From the human T2T-CHM13v2.0 reference genome, Homo sapiens: DNA of 64,000 nt. The notes beneath the pieces are model-generated. The model saw only the letters and a program-made list of their open reading frames with translations, ran no database searches and had not been told where the DNA came from. Below, piece after piece: positions 1 through 13,759 of the stretch. The stretch lies in assembly GCF_009914755.1 (NCBI RefSeq), contig NC_060938.1, one strand, 5' to 3'. Position numbers and translations under genes: made by a program. Each line of letters begins with the position of its first letter. The first letter of the stretch is position 1.

Positions 1-340
1 ATGTCTTCTAATAACCTGGTTTGTCTCTTCTCACCTTCAGGCATCAACTCCAAATGGTCATCCAAGTGAAGCCTGGGATAATGGCTCCCTTTTACTAGGT
101 CCCTTAGACAGACCTCAAGGGAGATCTTCCCAAAACAGCATCCCCTGTCAGCTGGGAGCAGTTAAGGTTGGCCTTTGTCTGTATTCTAACGGCAGTTAGA
201 TGCGCTTATTCAAAGAGGAAAATGATAGAGGGAGGAGGCAGATAACTCTCCTAGGCAGACAGGGGAGAGTCCCCATAGAATGTCCAACCCACGAAGGTCA
301 TTGTGCACAGGGGGCTTGCCTAGACGTGCCTGCAGTGAAA
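1..340 (+). mobile_element. ERV1 internal 3' end, polypurine tract and start of a MER50-like LTR
   Basis: cagttag...aaagaggaaaa followed by TGATAGAGGGAGGAGGCAG at 222 resembles an ERV1 PPT/LTR junction; family from memory. Confidence 0.4.
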
Positions 341-1861
341 ATTGTTAAAATTGTCTTTATCATTCTCTGATAAAATAGCCACACATAATAATCCAGCTGC
401 ATGAAGATAAAAAAATAACTAGTTTGAAATTAGAACAAGTCCCAAGTAAATCAAAGTTAGCATGTGGTTCATAATGTGATAGACAGGAGACATGGCTGAA
501 TACTAAGAATGTGTTCACATCTATTTTATGTCAAGATCAGGAAAATATTTTGTATATTCTTTAGGTAAGAGTCCCATTGAGAACATCAATTTAAGATTAT
601 ATATTAATGGATAATACCTCAATAATTAAAACAGAGGTTATTTACCAATAATTTGTATTATTAGCACAAACTTTCATTTAGGATATATTCTCCTATGTGT
701 TGTGAAATTAACTCAAAAGGCAGAAAACAGTGCACTTATTAGAGCTTTTAAACAAATTAAAAATTAGAATTAAGTATATATGTTCCTAGTTAGTGTAAAA
801 CTTTGGAATATTTTTGCAAACAAAAAGGGTTCTTATGTCTTCTGGAAATCTTATCAAAGTGGACAACAAGAGAAGAAACTCTCAGATGAATTTCTACCTA
901 CTAGAGAACTGATTAATAGAATTTTAAAGTAAATGCTAACACACAAACAAAAAACTAACAGGGAAGCTAAAAAAAATAGTGACTTAATACACCAAACACT
1001 CTAGCTCAATCTAGTTTATAATATAATCTAACCATGGAGGGCATTGTCATTGTTCATATCGGAGATTTTTGGGAAGGCAGGGTCAAAGAATCACTGGAAC
1101 TGGATGCTCGGGTTTAATCTACCTGTCACTCTTTCATTTTTCTTTAATATGAACCCTGTTTTGGTATTTAATGGAACCAACCTTCATCAACAAATAAGTC
1201 CAAGAAGTACATTAAGAGGAGCCTGGCCCGGAGGAAAGTCATAGCTGTCTGCAATCCGTGCACTTAGAGCTAGAATCCTCTGTTCTTAACAATAAGGCAA
1301 AGTGTTCACGTAGAAGGAAAGAAAACACAGGCTACATATTATCAGGGCTGGAGTTCATACTTTCCTGGATGCTGAGCTCAGGTTTTCACTTTGTCCCCCA
1401 ACATCCCACAGACAGGCACCTCATTGTGCCCCTGCAAACTCCCTGTGCAGTGTGGCAAGTGGGTGAAGGTTCACTGTGTCTGGAAAGCATCTGGAGCCTC
1501 CTGCTGACAATGTTGTCACCTGCTCTTGATTCTCCTGCTTCCGTCTCATCTCCTGCAGGGGCTAGTATTTCCAGAGGAACCTCATGACTCCCTGGGACAG
1601 GTCTCCTGGAAAAGTCCCTGTAGAACAATCAACCATTGCTGAGATCTTCTCTGAGGACATACTCAGGTACTCGGCACAACTTTGACTTCAAACACTGGGC
1701 AACGTGTCACAGGGACAAGAAATTGAAGACTTACATGTCTAGTGAAGAGAGATGCAGAGATCCTAAAGAAATTGCAACAGCCAAATGTCATCATCATAAT
1801 CATTTTTATATAGTTATATAATATATATTATATTATATAATTATAAGTATTAATTTTTAAA

Positions 1862-3060
1862 GTAGTGTATAGTAGTGGGTAACTAGTGGGAGGAGGTTTG
1901 TGTGCAGATTGTCACCTTCCAGAGTGCACTCATCATGGGGTTGACACTGACAAGCACGCATATGGACTTGCTCAGCTGGAGAGTGACAGGCATTTTTATA
2001 ACCTGTGACCCCAGTAAGGCTCTCCCACTGCAAGAATGATCAGGCGCAGGCCTCTGGCTAAAGTGCAGCCAGCAAGTGGGACCAGTGCCCAATGCTGAGA
2101 GGGCTTCCTTCAGGTGCCAAACGATGTCAAAGGAAGTGATTCTTCCTGCCTGGATCCCCTGCATGTATTCTAATTTCCTGCAGAAAGGGCCTCCTCCAGA
2201 AATACCCCCAAGAGCTTACGCTGTATTTAATCCAACTCCAGGGCATCATACATGAAATCCCTCATGTCCAAAGTCTCCACTTCTCAAAAAAGGTTGTGCA
2301 TTATGGAATTCACCAGAAGCTTCTGGCCTTTTAGTGAAATGGACCTTCCTCCCACGCTTGGAGAACTTACCCTCTGGGAAGGGGCATAGAAAACCAGGAG
2401 TCAGATGAGCTCTAAGTCAATGTGCATTTTATGGATTCCTGAAGAAAGAGTGCAAAAAGGAATGGCCCCACCCACTTTCCCTCTAACTGGCATCATTCCC
2501 AGTAACCCACTTGAAGAACCCGTGGCGCTTCAAAATAATTTATGTTTGTTATACCGGGGGACCACCAGGAAAGGAAAGAACTAGTGTGTCCATGTAGGTT
2601 CATCCCACATAACGCAGTTAGGACTCTGTTTCAGGGAGCTGATCATGGGGAGGGCTGTGTATGTGTTGGGCAGGGGTACATGGGAGCTCTCTGTTTCTAC
2701 TTTTTACATCTGCTGTAACCCTAAAACTGCTTTATAATAAATTTAATATAAAAAGATAGGCAGTTTCTCAGAAATTACATTTAGTCTTAGTATTGGATCA
2801 AGCAATCTTGCCCTAAATGATTTACCCATTCAATTTTAAAACGTCTGCCCCCACAAATCCTCCATGGGAATGTTTGTTTCAGCTTGATTGATTGCTGCTT
2901 TTCCCACTCTGTTAATTTTGCTTATAGGGTGAGATTTGAAAAGAATATTTCTTATATAATTAGAATGCATATATCTTTCTATTTCTTCTTTTCCTCAATT
3001 ATATAACCTATTTTCTAAACAACATTAAACCCCATAAATCCTGTCATATCCTGAAAACTG
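1862..3060. repeat. IGHV1 3'-flank duplication block, paralogous to ~38105-39330
   Basis: Co-linear anchors shared by both flanks, e.g. ggacttgctcagctgga (1965 and 38206), gagctctaagtcaat/aagctctaaattaat, cctaaaactgct. Confidence 0.85.
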
Positions 3061-3082
3061 GGACAGCTGCTTCCTCCCTCAG

Positions 3083-3121
3083 GGTTACTGACACTCTCAG
3101 GATATGAGTTTTCACACTGTG
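3083..3121 (-). other. 23-RSS of IGHV1-67
   Basis: Minus strand CACAGTG (3121-3115), 23-bp spacer, TCAGTAACC (3091-3083). Confidence 0.9.
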
Positions 3122-3561
3122 TCTCTCCCACAGTAATACATGGCCGTGTCTTCAGATCTCAGGCTGCTCAGCTCCATGTAGGCTGTGCTCGTGGATGTGT
3201 CCCTGGTCATGGTGACTCTGCCCTGGAACTTCTCTGCGTAGCTTATGCTGCCATCACTAGGGCACATCCTTCCCATCCACTCAAGCCCTTGTGCATGGGC
3301 CTGGCGCACCTAGTGCATAGAGTAACTGGTGAAGGTAGGTGTATCCACAAGTCTTGCAGGAGACTTTCACTGATGCCCCAGCCTTCTTCATCTCATCCCC
3401 AGACTGCACCAGCTGCACCTGGGACTGGGCACCTGTGGAGAGGACACGGGAGTGGATAAAACCCCCTTTGACTGGACCCAGTCACCTTAGTCCTGGGGAC
3501 TGAGAATTATCCTACCTGCAGCTACGACCACCAAAATTAGGATCCTCCAAGTCCACTCCAT
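3122..3561 (-). pseudogene. IGHV1-67: IGHV1-family pseudogene
   Basis: Leader exon 3561-3516 (MEWTWRILILVVVAA), GT-AG intron, V exon 3432-3122 ([15 protein letters not shown]...YYCGR); 4-nt duplication frameshift at 3333-3340, conserved FR2 Trp changed to TAG at 3312-3310; octamer mutated (atttgcgt, 3662-3669). Confidence 0.9.
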
Positions 3562-4303
3562 GGTGAGGAGCTGTGCTCTCAGGGGCTTCTCTAGAGGAGG
3601 GATGTGGTTATTGGGTGATGCTCTCAGGGCACAGAGTTATCTGTAGTGTTCACCTCAGGTGATTTGCGTATTCATGAGGACTACTACTTCATAGCATTAC
3701 ACCTGATCCAGCACGAGAAAGAGAAAATAGATCTCACATGGACCACACAACTGTGGGATGCTGAGGTACAAATCTTCATTCTTATTTAATGACATGTTTC
3801 CCTTTATATGCCCGGAAATTTGTGAAGGGAGAATTTCTCCGCTAAGAAGCTGACTCACACCGGACATGGTTCTCAGCGTGAGCCCAAGTTCCCATGGCAC
3901 ATGGACAGCCTCCGCCCTTTCCAGGATTTGCTCTCCGCAGTCTTACTCTCGGGACCAGTGTGTCTCTGAAATGTGTACATTTTTATTTAATAAAACCATT
4001 CTTGTTCTTTATCTTTTTACTAGTAAAATATCTCAAAGCAGTAATAATTTTGCCTTTTAAATGTGGTTCTCACTGAATTATTGATTTATTTATTTCTAAA
4101 TACATTAGGGTATTTAAATATACATAAATAGTCCTCATAAAATTCTTATTTAGCATGTTATAATTTTTTGGTTTTCAGTAAAGTAACACTCAGTCCTTGT
4201 GAGAGACTCCCTCTGCAGCCTCCTGTGCACCAGCTCTGGGGCTGGAGCCTGTTCTGGGTGGGTCCTGGGCGCCCCCTGCAGCACTGCCTCTGCCCTGCAT
4301 GGA

Positions 4304-4880
4304 GGTTTCCATCTGGGCTCACAGGGCATTTACCTCTCAGTGTCTCTAGGGCTATAGGAAGTGGCCATGCCCTAGTTTAAAATGCTCTTTCAGTGACACC
4401 ATATGTTACTGACACCATCGTTTGAAAACATTGACCTTAGGAGACCCAGTCAACTCTATGAAAGAATTGGGGATTCCCTTCCCTGGAACTCAGGATGCAT
4501 TGAATCAGTGGACACATAGTCAGCACCAAAATTTTCAAGACTTTTGGCGAATCCTTTATTTTATTTAGACTCCTGCAGTTAAATATTACATCTAAGAGTG
4601 CCTGTAGGTATCTATGCTTGTGGATCAATGCCCACTCCATGTCTTCTGTTTCAATAACACACACATTCACACAGACACACACACACACACTGACACGGAG
4701 CTAGTAGATTTTTATAACAATGGGCCTCTAACTTACCATTTTTTTCTAGTATCTTGCAAATAGGGAGCACCCCCTACACTGATACTAGACCTGAGTATAC
4801 GACTCCCTTCTTCAAACAGAAGTAAGGAAAACAGTACACAATTGGAGATGTAGCAAGTGTACATTCATCATGTTTGCATA
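4304..4880 (-). pseudogene. Highly decayed V-gene relic (octamer-like site, donor, acceptor, V remnant, degenerate 23-RSS)
   Basis: CCTACAG acceptor at 4604-4602, CTG CAG GAG TCT (LQES), CCA GGG AAG GG (PGKG), ATG GCC ACT..AGAGA end, CACTGAG-23-ATGGAAACC (4342-4304), GTAAG donor 4736-4732. Confidence 0.6.
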
Positions 4881-5149
4881 TTGTCACCTTAGAATACTGC
4901 AGTTTCCCTAAGAGAAGTGACTCTGTGTCCACCAAAAGTTGAGTCATGACCTTGGTCCTCAAGCTATTGGTATCAGAGGCTTCGAATTGCTCTACTGTCC
5001 TTGACTTTTTTCTCCCATTGTCTTTGCATTTCCCTATGTTCTCCTCCCTAAATAGAGTCTCTGCATTACCACACTCATCTTCAATGTAGATTAATTATAC
5101 TGATGAGAAGGTAATGTGTGGGACAGGGGAGCACTGTATTGTTTTTTCT

Positions 5150-6870
5150 TTTCTTACAACTATAGGCTTTTTCATTCAGTTAAAAGGTAAACAGATTAAC
5201 ATTGGAGGCTATTCCATTTAACTAGCCCAAGTTCCTATTCCACTTCATATATCCATCCTACGCTGCCATACATCTTGAAGAAATGACTGCCAAAAGACTG
5301 CTTCTAACTTCTTCTTAGCAATAACCTTCAATGAATTGCTTTCAAATAAGTTATTCCTAACTTAAAATTTTATTGTGTTCAAAGAAACTCATCCCTCTAA
5401 GAGGTTTCCACATGTGCCAATAGAACGTTCCACCACTGACAGGAGGGCAGAATACCAATGATTCTAATTACAGGAGCTACTCCAAGGAAAGCTTCCATGA
5501 TATTTGTGTTGTTAGATTCGGTGCTTGTTAGGGCAGAAGATGGTGAGACTAAAAATGCAGCGCACACTCTGTCAAATGGCTGCATGTTTGGTAGTTTTAA
5601 AAAATCTTTGTTTATCTTTAGAGACAACATTTAAAACATAATGGAATTGAAGCCTGATACAAAATATATAGAAACTTGCACAGGAATAGACAGCCAAGAA
5701 GCAAAGTGGAACTCAGTGGAAACCTGGCTACATTACATAGCTCATTTTTAACCTAACCATATTTATCACAAAACAACTGTAGCACAGTAACACTTTCCTT
5801 CTCTGGCTCCCAAATTTAGTGTCAGCCTTCCCTAACGCTAATCATTCTTTCAGAGAGCCGGAATATGTAAGGTAGTCCCAAACATTGACAAAAATGTTAA
5901 TGTCAAGCAGCTTCAAACTGTGAGGATGACATACTTGAAGTCAGCCAAGATGGCAGCACTGATAATTCCAGAAATAAAGATTGTGACAAACCAGGCCATA
6001 CAATATAATGAAAGAGCCATAAGTCAACAACTTTCTTGGATTAAAGCCAGGTACAAAGAAGACTGTTACAATGTGTTGTACTGATGAGGAGGCCAATATT
6101 TGATGCAATCACCAATGAGGGCAGGAGCCAGTCCAGTACTGAAGGCACCAGGCGGTGTGACAGTGTCAGATTCTTCCCCATGGTCTGAATAACTCTCTTT
6201 CTCCAAACCCCTAGGCTAATGCAGATGCCATCACCACCAGAGAGCAGAAGCCATACTGGCGTCACCACTCTTGAGGAAACATCTCCCACATTATAAACCA
6301 GATACAAAGCCACCAGAGAATGTACTGCATTGCTGATGTCATTACCACCATGGGCGAGTGACCTCAATCGGGCAATAAGAAGCTGCAGCAAATGGAAGAA
6401 GATAGAGAGTTCAGGCTTATCTTGGCCATACCATTCTTCTCAAGAATGACTACTTCCTTTTCTTTCACCTAGACCCATCTCCCCCTTGATACTCATGAAT
6501 ATCTTAGATGCTGGGAAGGTCAGACACAGCATTGCAGTAACTGGTGTAGCTGTACATTCAAAATCACTTCTTGGAGACTGCATTGGGCCATGCATGTAAG
6601 ATTCTCCATTTACTTGACCTTCTGAAGGACTTCTTTGGAATGAAATGAATATAGAGGCATGCCATGTATTGTCATGATATAGGAAAAATAGCTATTATTG
6701 CACCTTAAGTGTTTGCCACCAGATCTCCCATGCCATCTTCCACTTTGTCAATATGCAAACTATAGAGAAAATCCTTGTGTAATCTAGAATCTTTAGCCAT
6801 GTTGTAATACACATAATGTCCACTGAAGCTATCTGGTTGCTGATGGCTTGATTGAACTGGACAAAGTTTC
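5150..6870 (-). pseudogene. SLC20A1P1: 5'-truncated processed pseudogene of phosphate transporter SLC20A1 (PiT-1/GLVR1)
   Basis: Intronless minus-strand translation matches the PiT-1 C-terminal half (AHGGNDISNA, VIQTMGK, IASNIGL.ISTTHC, SYTSYCNAVSDL); stop at 5915-5913, then 3'UTR-like sequence and an A-rich end; multiple frameshifts. The P1 vs P2 numbering is from memory and uncertain. Confidence 0.85.
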
Positions 6871-8294
6871 TTACAATTTCATCTCATTGATTTTATCCTC
6901 TTCCATTTCTTGGCTGTGACCTTTAAAAGCAGTCTCCATTAATAAAGCTGATTTTGGTCTATTACTTCCTTCCCTGTCTGCAGCATCTCCGGTCTATTTT
7001 TGTTTAATCTTACCCTACTGGCTAATATTAATTATTTGCATAATAAAGGAAGCCTGGGCAGAGGGTTCTGCATGACAATGAAGGACCTTCCACCATGGAG
7101 ATAAATTACTGGAAAGATTCTTCCTCTGGATGGTCTGTCTGGAGAAGGTTCTGGGTATATGTTTTAGAGATTAGGTCTCTTGAAGACTGACCCAATTCAC
7201 AAGGAATTTATATTAATTCTAAGTTAAAAATGTGGAGGTTCCTGGAGCAAACAAGGGCCCCCCAGAATATCTCTTTCTAATAATAGCACAAACCTGTCCT
7301 TTAAGTTCTTTAATTCAGATGTATATATAACAAATCAAACAGACAGGGTCATTTAAATAGTAACTTACTCATTCAAATAAGTTAGGGCAGCAGCTGAATA
7401 TAATAATCAAATTGAATTCAAGCAAATCTGGGTGCAAACAAATGTTTATCATAGTTCAGAACAGTTTCATTAACTCAATTAATCTGTGTAACATTTCATT
7501 TCTGAGGTATTTCACCACCAAGTGTATTGAAGTGTTGCCATAATATTGCTGTGTAGTTGGATTTTTTTATGTCAGCCTAACATGTAGGTCAGTTTGAAAA
7601 ATGTAAATTTTTCTACAAAATGGCCATCATCCCTAGTGTTGCTAAAATATCCAGAAATCCTCAATCTTATTGGTTTTCACTAATACCTGAATTTCTGCAA
7701 AAATTATATGAACCAAAAAAAAAATCTCCCCTTCATGGATGACTGAAAACTGTGAACTTTACTCACCACTACAAATAAAGCCAGTTAATGCAGGATTCTC
7801 AGTGCGGCATGTTGAGCCAGTAATGTAGGGCACATATCCTAGAGGGGTCCCAGTGTGTCTCTGCCAATAAAATTTGAATTGAGGGATCCTGATTATGCAT
7901 TCATGGGAGTATAGAATCCTCAGGATCCTTAGCAATAGAGCTTTACAGTGAAAGGCTTGCAGGTGGAATGAGTCCATGATGATTCAGCATCTCCTTCTCT
8001 CTCTTTTTCTCTATTGTCATCTCTCATTACTGTTCTTTGCTTCAGAATCCTTAAACGAGCCAACAGCCTCCATTCTACATACTGCCAACTCTGGGCTGAA
8101 AGAGAATTATGAGCAAAACAAATGTTTTCTTAACAAGGTGAGGAAACTTTCTGAACTTCCATTAGGTTTATTAGAGACTCTCATGGAGAACCATAATCAA
8201 GCATTATTTGTTTTTCAGTCACTCCCCAACATTGAAACTGTTTTTCATAATAGCTACACTAATCTGAATCTCCACCACTATGGAAAGCAGTAAG

Positions 8295-8885
<591 letters not shown>

Positions 8886-8899
8886 TTCCAGCAGCACTA

Positions 8900-9061
8900 G
8901 CCATGCATTTTATCCATTCAACCCATTCCCCGGGGACTGGCAGATCCACGTCCAATATTAAGCATTGGTTGTGATGAAGTGGCCAGAGACAGCATGGGTG
9001 AGGTCAGTGTGTGATCTTCACACCTAGGCATGACTGCTGTAGCTGCTCCTGAATAGGACAT
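8900..9061 (-). pseudogene. IGHV(II)-67-1: Clan II V pseudogene fragment (FR1-FR2 only; 3' part and RSS lost)
   Basis: CAG acceptor 9064-9062, then CAG GAG CAG CTA CAG CAG TCA ... GCT GTC TCT GGC ... TGG ATC TGC CAG TCC CCG GGG ... TGG ATA; truncated next to L1; name inferred from position. Confidence 0.75.
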
Positions 9062-9582
9062 CTGGCGGTATGGAAAATTAGTTACTGTCAGTTACAGTAC
9101 TATTCCCATAGACCCATGTCTGTCATCTGGACATCTGAGACTCTCATGATTTACCATCTTTAGGCTGTTATCTCGATACCTAAAGGGTATTCTAGTCAGG
9201 GAGATGCACTAAGGTCTCTGTTCTGAGTGTGATTGGAGAAGACTCAACAGGTCCCACTGAGCTGCTACAGGTCTCCAATTCTAGCGACCACGGTTGAGGA
9301 CTTTTCATTTCTGTAAATGTCAATTTGCGTTTTGTCCATATGAGAATATGTCCTCATATTACAATATTTTTTAAAAACCTATTTAGTGATGGCATTGGTA
9401 GGCACAGAATGCTAAAATTAGGGAAGTTCTCTGGAGAAACTGTCAGATGGAAGTTTTGTTTTTTTAAAAATATACTGGCAGGAAAGCAGTTCTTAACCTT
9501 TCTGTGCACCTCCCTCTGGGGTCGACTCTCATCAGTGGGTCCCAAGCTCCCCCTGCAGCTAATTCGCCCATGTGTCCCTGGA

Positions 9583-9720
9583 GGTTTATGTCTGGGCACA
9601 CACTGGCTTTCCCTCATGTGCTCCTCTTGCACAGTGATATACTGATGTGTTCTTGGTTTACAGATCGCCCATTTGCAGATATAGCATATTCTTGACATTG
9701 TCTCTGGAGACAATAAATCA
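9583..9720 (-). pseudogene. IGHV(III)-67-2: Clan III V pseudogene fragment (FR3 plus defective RSS)
   Basis: [31 protein letters not shown] (9720-9621), heptamer CACATGA, nonamer ACATAAACC (9591-9583); name inferred from position. Confidence 0.8.
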
Positions 9721-9879
9721 AAGACAAATAAATATTCTGTCGGACCAATAAAACCTGAGAAAACCTATTTCCAGCACATGAATCTTTCCGTAGACATTTT
9801 AGCAGAGTCTCTAGATGAATAGCCATGTGACATAGATCCAACACCTGAAAATATGCACAAAGAAGATGGTCAACAATGG

Positions 9880-10750
9880 AAAAATGAGGTTGAAATACAG
9901 TTTTTGCATTTGTATTTTGTTCATTATGTAAGTGTGGAAAGCAATTATAAAAATGCCAATATTACATTTTATAGCATGTATAGATACAAACAGAAAATAA
10001 AAAACATGGGATAGGAAAGAGGAATTAGATATATAGAGTTATAATATCTCTGTAGTATATATGAATGGGAATTAAATTTTTGAATTAGAATTCAATTATA
10101 GAAACTTTTTATTGTTATCCTTATGGTAACCCATAAAATGTTAGTCACAGAATGATTAAATAATAAGTTAATAGAAACAATAAACTTTATTGTAAAAATA
10201 CAAATTAAAACAAGAATAATTGGACAAAAGAGTAACATCATTAAAAAATAATTCTTCATAGTTGACTAAAAAAAAACACCCAACTATTATTTATCTCCAA
10301 GAAAATTTCTTTACATATTCAGAAATAGAAAAAATAAAGATGGAAAAATATATATCATGAAAATATAAACCAAAAGAAAACTTAAATAGCTATGTTAATT
10401 TAAGACAAAATAATCATAAAAAGAAGACCTTTGGGACTCAAGAGAAATATTACATAAAGTAATAGGATCAACTTTCCAAAATACATTTAAAAATACTTAA
10501 TGAATGGATTTGGAACAGAAAATATAATAACATGTATAGAAGACGGAGAAATCAACACTCATTGTGATTGACAAGCAGTGTTCAAATAAGTAAAGATATA
10601 AGTGTCCTAAATAGGACTATCAATCTACTTGATAAATTTTTATCTATAAAATATTAAACTAGAAAACTTCAGAAACACAAACTGTGATTTGCCAGAAGAG
10701 AATAAAGGAACATGACAACTCAATTCAAAGTGATGACCTTGTTGGAATCT
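9880..10750 (+). mobile_element. Old L1 (L1M) ORF1-end/ORF2-endonuclease fragment
   Basis: A-rich, with caactattatttatctccaagaaa and aaataaagatggaaaaatatatatcatg resembling the L1 EN region. Confidence 0.55.
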
Positions 10751-10844
10751 GGGAACAAACAAATATACAAAAACAACAGCAAGGAGAGATCCTGTCTCAA
10801 AAAACAAAAAAAAAAAAAGAAAGAAAAAAGAAAAAGACAGTATC

Positions 10845-11550
10845 CACTAAAAGAGACAAACCGTGAATTATTTAAGACAGTTTATTCTGAGATATATATG
10901 AGTGGCCAAGGCCCATGACACAACTCCAGGAGTTCCTGAGTACACGTATCCAAAATGGTTTGGTTACAGCTTGATTTTATACATTTTAGTGGTACAGAAG
11001 GTATAGACAGATATGAATCAACACATGTGAGCTATACCATTTACACAGTCCAGAAAGGCAGAATAAGCTTACTCAAGTGCTTCCAGGACATACGTGAATT
11101 CAAACATTTTCTGATTGGCAATTGGTTGAAATGTTACACACTCATTACAAATGAGTATCTGGATTAAGATACGAGATTGTGGAGCTCATAATTGTTATTA
11201 TGTAGATGAAACCTCCAGGTAGCAGACTTCATAGAGAATAGATTTTTAGGCGTTGCTGTTTGTCATGTGATGCTATACTAGAATCATATTGTAATTTGGT
11301 ATCTTTTCACTATGAAGAGTGTTTATAGAAAAAATATAGTTTTGTCAGTCTAAGGGTCTTTGTTTTAGTGTTAATGCTGGCCACAGGTGCCTTAATTCCA
11401 AAGACAGGAGGACATAATGAGGCATATCTGACCTCTCATTTTCCCATTATTGCTGGAACAAGTTTTAAAGTTTACTTTAAAATATCTTTGGCTGATAGTT
11501 GAGTTCATTTAGTTGGATGAGGAAGCTTAGAATTTTATTTTTGGTTTACA
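10845..11550 (-). mobile_element. MER4-group ERV1 solo LTR
   Basis: tttattctgag...ggcccatgacaca...cagcttgattttatacattttag...agaattttatttttggtttaca typical of MER4 LTRs in reverse. Confidence 0.7.
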
Positions 11551-13759
11551 AAAGAAATTATTGGAAAAATGGTAAATCTCAAATAAGGCCTGGTATTGAA
11601 TATATTTAAAGTTATCAACGTAAATGTGTTAACACCATGTTTTATGATTGTGGAGGATGTTCATCTTAGGAGATACTTAGAGATGGGAACACACTGTATT
11701 AACTTTATGATTATTTTGTTAATCTACAATTATTCTGAATCAAATGTATATGAATGTAAAAATACTATCATAAAAATACAAGTCACAATTGATAAAATAG
11801 GTTTCTGGAAATTATAACATGTCAATCATAATTATGGACATTAATTTTAGAAGATAATATAGAAATTATCATCAAAAAATGATAAATGTTCATTTCTATC
11901 AAAAAACAAGTGAAGTACCTAATACTAAAATCAAGCAATGAGAGTGCTATTTGTATAATTATTTTATTTTCTATGATAAATAAAATGTGTTATTATTATA
12001 GGCATATCATAGACCAATAGTGGGCATAATCATGTTATTTTTTTCTAAATTTTGTGCCAATATCCTGTTAATTTCATATAGACATTTCTTACTGCATGTG
12101 TCATTTCCAAAATATTCAGCTATTATTTTTCATTTTAATATGACTCCTCTGTAGGCCCTAGGTATTCCAAATGCTTTCTATAACTTTTCCCCTTTTGTGG
12201 TTTCTACTGTCTCTTAACATGCAAAACTTCAATTTATATAACTATATAGGGGAGTAATGTATTTTAGAAGTTCATAATCATGCATACACATACACACATA
12301 TGCCCAGTACTGAAATATACATGTGAAAATAGAAAAATGAACACCTATCCAAATACCAAACCAAAACATGAATTTATTCAATTTATTTTATTTATTTAAT
12401 TGAATTGAATTTACTCTCTTTTATAGTATAATGTAGTAGTCCCAAATAATGCTTTTCTGTGTGAGTGTTTCTCTATCCTAATGCCAATAAACAAATACAT
12501 TTAAAGACATGCCTCGGTAGAACTGAATGTAAATGCCATTCTGGCCAAACACATTAATTAAATGGACAATGGTATTTATGTATAGAATCTGTGTTGGTTT
12601 ATTTGTCAGTTTTGCTATCAGTATACTTTTAAAATACCAGCCAATTATTAATAAACTTAATAACATATAAGATAAACATCACTTTTAAAATTGTATTATA
12701 TTATTGGTTAAATTCACATTGTATTTTTATAAAAGTCAGGATAAATGTTCTTATTTAGAAATTAGGATTTTTTTCTACAATTGATTTTGTATAAATTTGC
12801 AATACAAATTCTAGATGTTAATTTGCCAGTACTCCTGGATGCTAGAGAACATCCAGTAATATGGAACTGAAAACAGCCCAGGATCCCCAAAATTCACTCA
12901 CAATGGCAGGGTTGTCTGAGAATTGCTAACACATTAGGGATTTGAACTTCATCATCAAAGCACTAGTGAGCCTTAGTGCTGAGCACACAGAGAGCAGCAG
13001 GAGCTGCAGAGACTATTCTGTGGTACTTAGGTAAAGGAGTGGATGTGGTGGAGGTGACGTCTGCAGGACCCTAGAAAGGGGTGAGGAAGGCAGAGAGTCT
13101 GCAGGTAGATGAGCATATTCTAAGGAGAACTGTTATCCTCCTAAACTTGGTTGACTTCAATGATCATGAAGAGAAGTGAACAGATTCACCAGACATGGAA
13201 GAGGCAAAATAAAGGGACTTGTTGCTTCCTTGCTAGGAGACTGAGGAAGACAAAAGGCTTGGACAGAAGAAGGGAAGGTGGAGAAATAGTGTGAGGAGCA
13301 GAACACCAGAACCCAACCAAGGTGGGGGAACTGAGCCCTGAAAGTGGTGTTTCATCTCCACAAAAGGCAGATGAAAGAAAAAGAAACTTAACACTATGCC
13401 TATGCTGAGTTATTGGTAGAAAAGCATTGACTATAGTGTGACTGACACAGCAAAGAAAACAAAAACCCATGCATGGAACCAGAGCTTGAATTAGGCATAC
13501 GCAATTTCTTATTATCAAAACATTCAATTACTGCTAGTGTTATTCTAAAAATATGGAGGGTTAAAAGTTGAATTGAATTCCTGTTCTAAGTTAATGATTT
13601 GTACGTGAAAGAAACCATGGGTTACAAGGAAGAAATGGTGAGAGATCCTGGGAAGGTTTTCGCTTGACCAGATCAGGGATCAGCAAGGTCTAAAAGCAAA
13701 TCTGACCCTCCCCAGGCACCTGATGTGGAGCTGCCTCCTAAGAGAACCCTGTTGTCTGA

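Noticed and set aside
1895-1935. Nonamer-like ACACAAACC as a cryptic RSS
   Set aside because: No CAC heptamer at 12- or 23-bp spacing
8900-9720. 5' half-V plus 3' half-V forming one split gene
   Set aside because: Different clans, and in transcriptional order the FR3 piece comes first; these are two separately truncated genes
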